From positions 10,942 through 74,941 of the forward strand of contig PEAF01000002.1 in NCBI GenBank assembly GCA_002753465.1: DNA of 64,000 nucleotides. The letters run 5' to 3'. The position numbers and the translations under genes are program-made. Below the pieces are notes generated by a model. That model was given only the letters and a program-made list of their open reading frames with translations, was not told the DNA's origin and searched no databases. Positions 60,508-64,000 of this stretch are shown here, piece by piece. Every line of letters starts with the position of its first letter. Within the stretch, counting starts at the first letter, position 1. This stretch comes from Candidatus Omnitrophota bacterium. Lineage in GTDB: Bacteria; Omnitrophota; Gorgyraeia; Zapsychrales; Fredricksoniimonadaceae.

Positions 60508-60536
60508 TTAGACAAGGGCCGATACAATAAAGTTCC
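60508..60536 (-). promoter_or_regulatory. Putative autoregulatory ECF (RpoE-type) promoter
   Basis: GGAACTT-N16-GTCTAA directly upstream of the ECF gene. Confidence 0.65.
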
Positions 60537-60544
60537 CAACCTGA

Positions 60545-61756
60545 TTAACTAATTGAATACATCTGAAGGACCCAGCGGATGACCTTGTCACCCCAGAAAA
60601 GACTAACGACTATGCCCATGGCCAGAAATGGGCCGTAAGCGATGGCCGTGTCCTGTTTTCGAAGCATTTTAACAAGGCCGGCAACGGCACCGAAAAAAGG
60701 TGCAACAAAAAAGGCGACACAGGCTAACTGCCATCCAAGGAAAGCACCCGCCATGGCCAAAAGCTTAACATCACCCCAGCCCATAACTCCACCCTCATCA
60801 ACAGCATAAAGCATTTCAAAGATGTCTTTACGTTTAGGCTCAAAAGCATGCCCGAGTTTCAAATTGCCGACCACTTTGACCTCACGGAAAGCGGGCTGAA
60901 GATTCCCCAGCGCATCGATGTAACTATGCGCTTGAAGATCCGCCAATAACGCCAAAGGATCATCCACAATACCTTTAAAATCAAATTCAGTCACTATGCG
61001 CTTGGTAATGATCACTTCACCCAACAACCCTGTCACCCATAAAGAACAAGCACCGACAATGACACCCTGGAAAGCATCAGCTAAAGCCGACAAATAAACA
61101 GCTAAACCCGGGATCATGCGTGCCGCGACAAGCGCTGTCCACTGCAATGCCAGTAACGTTAAACCAACGGCGAATATCTCTTTGTCTTCACGTTCAAAGG
61201 GAAGTTTACGGCGCAGTATCTTGATAAGATGAAGCCCCATACAACTGCCAGCCAAAATAAGTGAAACGGTACTGCCTGTTAACAAAACCTCGGTCGCCGG
61301 CCCTTTATGAAGCCCCGGGATCAACGCACTTACCAATAAACCGACAGCTATACCTCCAACGCTGATCTCATCAGGAATAATACGCCACTCAATATCGACC
61401 CATGAAGCCACGATCAGTCCAGATAATAAAATAAGTGCGGGAATGATCGACCATGAAAGCCCTAGCAGAACATACGTCCACATAAAAATGATCGCTGTGA
61501 AATGTTCGACAAAGAAGTAGCGGAACGGGATGTGCGTGCGGCAGGCGCGACATTTAGCGCGCAGTAAAAGATAACTGATTATAGGGATGTTATCGAACCA
61601 TGCGATGGGCTTTTTGCACTTAGGGCAATGCGACGCCGGAAAAACAATGGACTGGCTCCTGGGAAGACGGACAATACAGACATTAAGAAAACTGCCGATC
61701 AAGGCACCGCATATAAAAAATGAAACACGCAAGAAAATCTCAGCATCGACTAGCAT
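60545..61756 (-). CDS. Prepilin peptidase (PilD-like) with internal insertions
   Basis: GSFLNVCI.RLP, CPKC, CRAC, MGWGDVKL and YGPFL motifs. Confidence 0.88.
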   Translation of the reverse strand: MLVDAEIFLRVSFFICGALIGSFLNVCIVRLPRSQSIVFPASHCPKCKKPIAWFDNIPIISYLLLRAKCRACRTHIPFRYFFVEHFTAIIFMWTYVLLGLSWSIIPALILLSGLIVASWVDIEWRIIPDEISVGGIAVGLLVSALIPGLHKGPATEVLLTGSTVSLILAGSCMGLHLIKILRRKLPFEREDKEIFAVGLTLLALQWTALVAARMIPGLAVYLSALADAFQGVIVGACSLWVTGLLGEVIITKRIVTEFDFKGIVDDPLALLADLQAHSYIDALGNLQPAFREVKVVGNLKLGHAFEPKRKDIFEMLYAVDEGGVMGWGDVKLLAMAGAFLGWQLACVAFFVAPFFGAVAGLVKMLRKQDTAIAYGPFLAMGIVVSLFWGDKVIRWVLQMYSIS

Positions 61757-62625
61757 TATTTCGCAGCACTCGCTTTCTGAAGTTCAGACCACATCTTATC
61801 CTTAATATTCTCCGGCAACTGCATCTCGGCCCAATGTTGAAACGCCAGAACCCCCTGATAAAAAAGCATCTTAAGCCCGTTAACCGTTTTGGCACCTTTG
61901 GCCTTGGCCATGGCTAAAAGCTTTGTTTGCGCAGGATTGTAAACCAGATCATAAACCATCATATTGGCATGCAACAGCTCTTCGCTGACAAGGCACGGAT
62001 CCGTCGGCTTCATGCCAATAGGTGTGGCATTGATCAAAAGATCTGAAAGTTCAATGTCCAGATCATCGATACAATTAACGACTTCCACACGTCCAGTATC
62101 CATACGGGCAGAAAGATCTCTGATTAAGGCTTGAGCACGTTCCGGATCAACATCATAAACTTTGATCGAACGCGGTTTATCTGCCAGTAAACAAAAAACA
62201 CTGATCAAGGCTCTCGACGCTCCTCCTGCACCAAGGATCGCGATCCTTTTATCTTTAGGATCAAACCCCTCTTCAGTAAGATGTGTTAAAAAGCCAGGGC
62301 CATCTGTATTAAAACCGATCAGCTTTCGCTCCGGCGTAATAACAACGGTATTGATCGCACCAACCTTGGCAGCAAAAGGATTCATCCCGTCAAGGAAAGG
62401 TATGACATTTTCTTTATGCGGCACGGTCACATTGAGGCCAAAAATAGGACTTTCTTTATCCTTAAGGCCCTTGAAGAAAGACTCTAGCGCTTCTTCTTTC
62501 ATGGGAAAAAGGTTGTAGACAGCGTCGACGCCTAACGCCTTAAAAGCTGTATTATGCATTACAGGCGAAAGGCTATGCCCCAAAGGGTAGCCAACCAGTC
62601 CATACGTCGTTTGATGGTCAGACAT
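61756..62625 (-). CDS. aroE: Shikimate dehydrogenase
   Basis: HSLSP.MHN, NVTVPHK, GAGGA and NATPIGM motifs; start trimmed to MSDHQ. Confidence 0.94.
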   Translation of the reverse strand: MSDHQTTYGLVGYPLGHSLSPVMHNTAFKALGVDAVYNLFPMKEEALESFFKGLKDKESPIFGLNVTVPHKENVIPFLDGMNPFAAKVGAINTVVITPERKLIGFNTDGPGFLTHLTEEGFDPKDKRIAILGAGGASRALISVFCLLADKPRSIKVYDVDPERAQALIRDLSARMDTGRVEVVNCIDDLDIELSDLLINATPIGMKPTDPCLVSEELLHANMMVYDLVYNPAQTKLLAMAKAKGAKTVNGLKMLFYQGVLAFQHWAEMQLPENIKDKMWSELQKASAAK

Positions 62626-62632
62626 AAATCTC

Positions 62633-64000
62633 CTAAGGCTGAAGGCCAAAATCAATGGCCTTGCCCTTTGTCTTTTTAGAAGCCGCCGCAATGCAGGCCT
62701 TATTAACCGCATTCAAATAAGCTTTAACTGATGCCTCAATAACATCCGTCGATGCGCCGATACCCATGATCTTCTGTCCGTCAAAATTCACACGAACACG
62801 AACCTCACCCATGGCATCCTGGCCTTCCGTGACCGACTGGATGCTGTAGTTGAGCAGTTTACCCCTCATACCAGTGACCGTGTCAATAGCCACATAACAT
62901 GCATCAATAGGTCCGTCACCGGTAGCTTGCTGCTGAAATACCTTACCCGAAGACCTTAATGTCATCCTGACATCAGGCGGTATTTTCGTCCCGCTGGTAA
63001 CGATCAAAGAATCCAACGTCCAGACATCCTTGACCTCCTGGACCTCATCCTCAACAATCGCCACCAGATCCTCGTCAAAGACCTCTTTCTTTTTATCACA
63101 CAGGTCCTTAAACCGCCCGAACGCGCGCAGCAATTCTGCATCACTTAATTCAATACCCAGATGCTTCAACCTGGCCTTGAGCGCCGCACGTCCCGAATGT
63201 TTACCCAAAACAAGCCCGGTACCTGTAAAGCCGACATCTTCAGGACGAATGATCTCATAAGTTGTCGGCTCTTTCAGCACGCCATCCTGATGAATACCTG
63301 ACTCATGGCGAAAAGCATTACCTCCCACGATAGATTTATTCGGAGCAATAACAAACCCCGTGTATTTACTGACCAAACGGGAAACGCGGCAGATCTCGGG
63401 GGTATTAATACCCGTGGAAACGCCAAAATAATCTGAACGTGTCCGGATCGCCATGACGATCTCTTCCATGGCCGCATTACCTGCACGCTCGCCGATCCCG
63501 TTAATAGTGCACTCAACCTGCCGCGCACCACACTTGACCGCTGCCAATGAATTGGCTACCGCCAAACCCAGATCATTGTGACAATGAACAGATATGATCG
63601 CTTTGTCGATATTCGGCACATTGTTACGGATATCTGTAATCAATTTTCCATACTGCTCGGGCATAGCATAGCCTACAGTGTCCGGGATATTGACTGTACG
63701 CGCACCCGCTTTAATAACAGCCTCCAGGACACGGTAAAGGAATGTTTTCTCCGAGCGTGACGCGTCTTCAGGCGAGAACTCAACATCATCGGTCCATTGC
63801 CGCGCCGCCTTGACAGCATCGACCGCCATTTGCACGATCTCATCGGGCGACTTCCTCAGCTTATGCTCCAGATGTATCTTTGACGTCGCCAGAAAAACAT
63901 GGATACGCCCGCGCTTGGCAGACTTCAATGCCTCACCAGCCGCATCAATATCCTTCTTGATCGACCTTGCCAACCCAGCTACCGTTGAGTGTTTGACCTT
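62633..64000 (-). CDS. leuA: 2-isopropylmalate synthase (5' end outside the window)
   Basis: [24 protein letters not shown] motifs and regulatory domain. Confidence 0.95.
   Translation of the reverse strand, partial: KVKHSTVAGLARSIKKDIDAAGEALKSAKRGRIHVFLATSKIHLEHKLRKSPDEIVQMAVDAVKAARQWTDDVEFSPEDASRSEKTFLYRVLEAVIKAGARTVNIPDTVGYAMPEQYGKLITDIRNNVPNIDKAIISVHCHNDLGLAVANSLAAVKCGARQVECTINGIGERAGNAAMEEIVMAIRTRSDYFGVSTGINTPEICRVSRLVSKYTGFVIAPNKSIVGGNAFRHESGIHQDGVLKEPTTYEIIRPEDVGFTGTGLVLGKHSGRAALKARLKHLGIELSDAELLRAFGRFKDLCDKKKEVFDEDLVAIVEDEVQEVKDVWTLDSLIVTSGTKIPPDVRMTLRSSGKVFQQQATGDGPIDACYVAIDTVTGMRGKLLNYSIQSVTEGQDAMGEVRVRVNFDGQKIMGIGASTDVIEASVKAYLNAVNKACIAAASKKTKGKAIDFGLQP

Overview
Bacterial chromosomal window, mostly minus-strand housekeeping genes. 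The gene content suggests an anaerobe, possibly Candidatus Omnitrophota or a PVC relative; this is inference only. Housekeeping content includes murB, a suf operon, lhgO, metXW, nadA/C, miaB, dusB, a carbamoyltransferase cluster, tadA, PFOR with ADP-forming acetyl-CoA synthetase, an ECF sigma/anti-sigma pair, aroE, leuA and four tRNAs. The main feature is an ~11.2 kb element (about 12450-23697) encoding a large serine recombinase, inserted at the Cys codon of the TFGCQMN motif near the 5' end of miaB. The last codons of the recombinase double, in another frame, as a replacement start and N-terminus for miaB. The recombination site lies inside the recombinase's own 3' end: the integrated form ends ...SVVR*, whereas the predicted excised circle ends ...SVDDWSRWRMNILNLLTRINEE*. 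A second, apparently older junction at about 24767-24863 carries another stranded miaB 5' fragment and a homologous tail (DDCSRWRGMILNLLQKISEKE*). This indicates repeated integration at the same site and conservation of the tail. The element also carries a lambda O-like replication gene with internal repeats, Xis-like, PD-(D/E)XK, SpoVG and DUF2958-like genes, a Panacea-like/PemK-like toxin-antitoxin pair and a HEPN-like protein. Other oddities are a degenerate TIR-like protein coupled to a K+/H+ antiporter and partial tRNA-Ser duplications containing hairpin inserts. All family calls are by motif recognition; no database searches were run.
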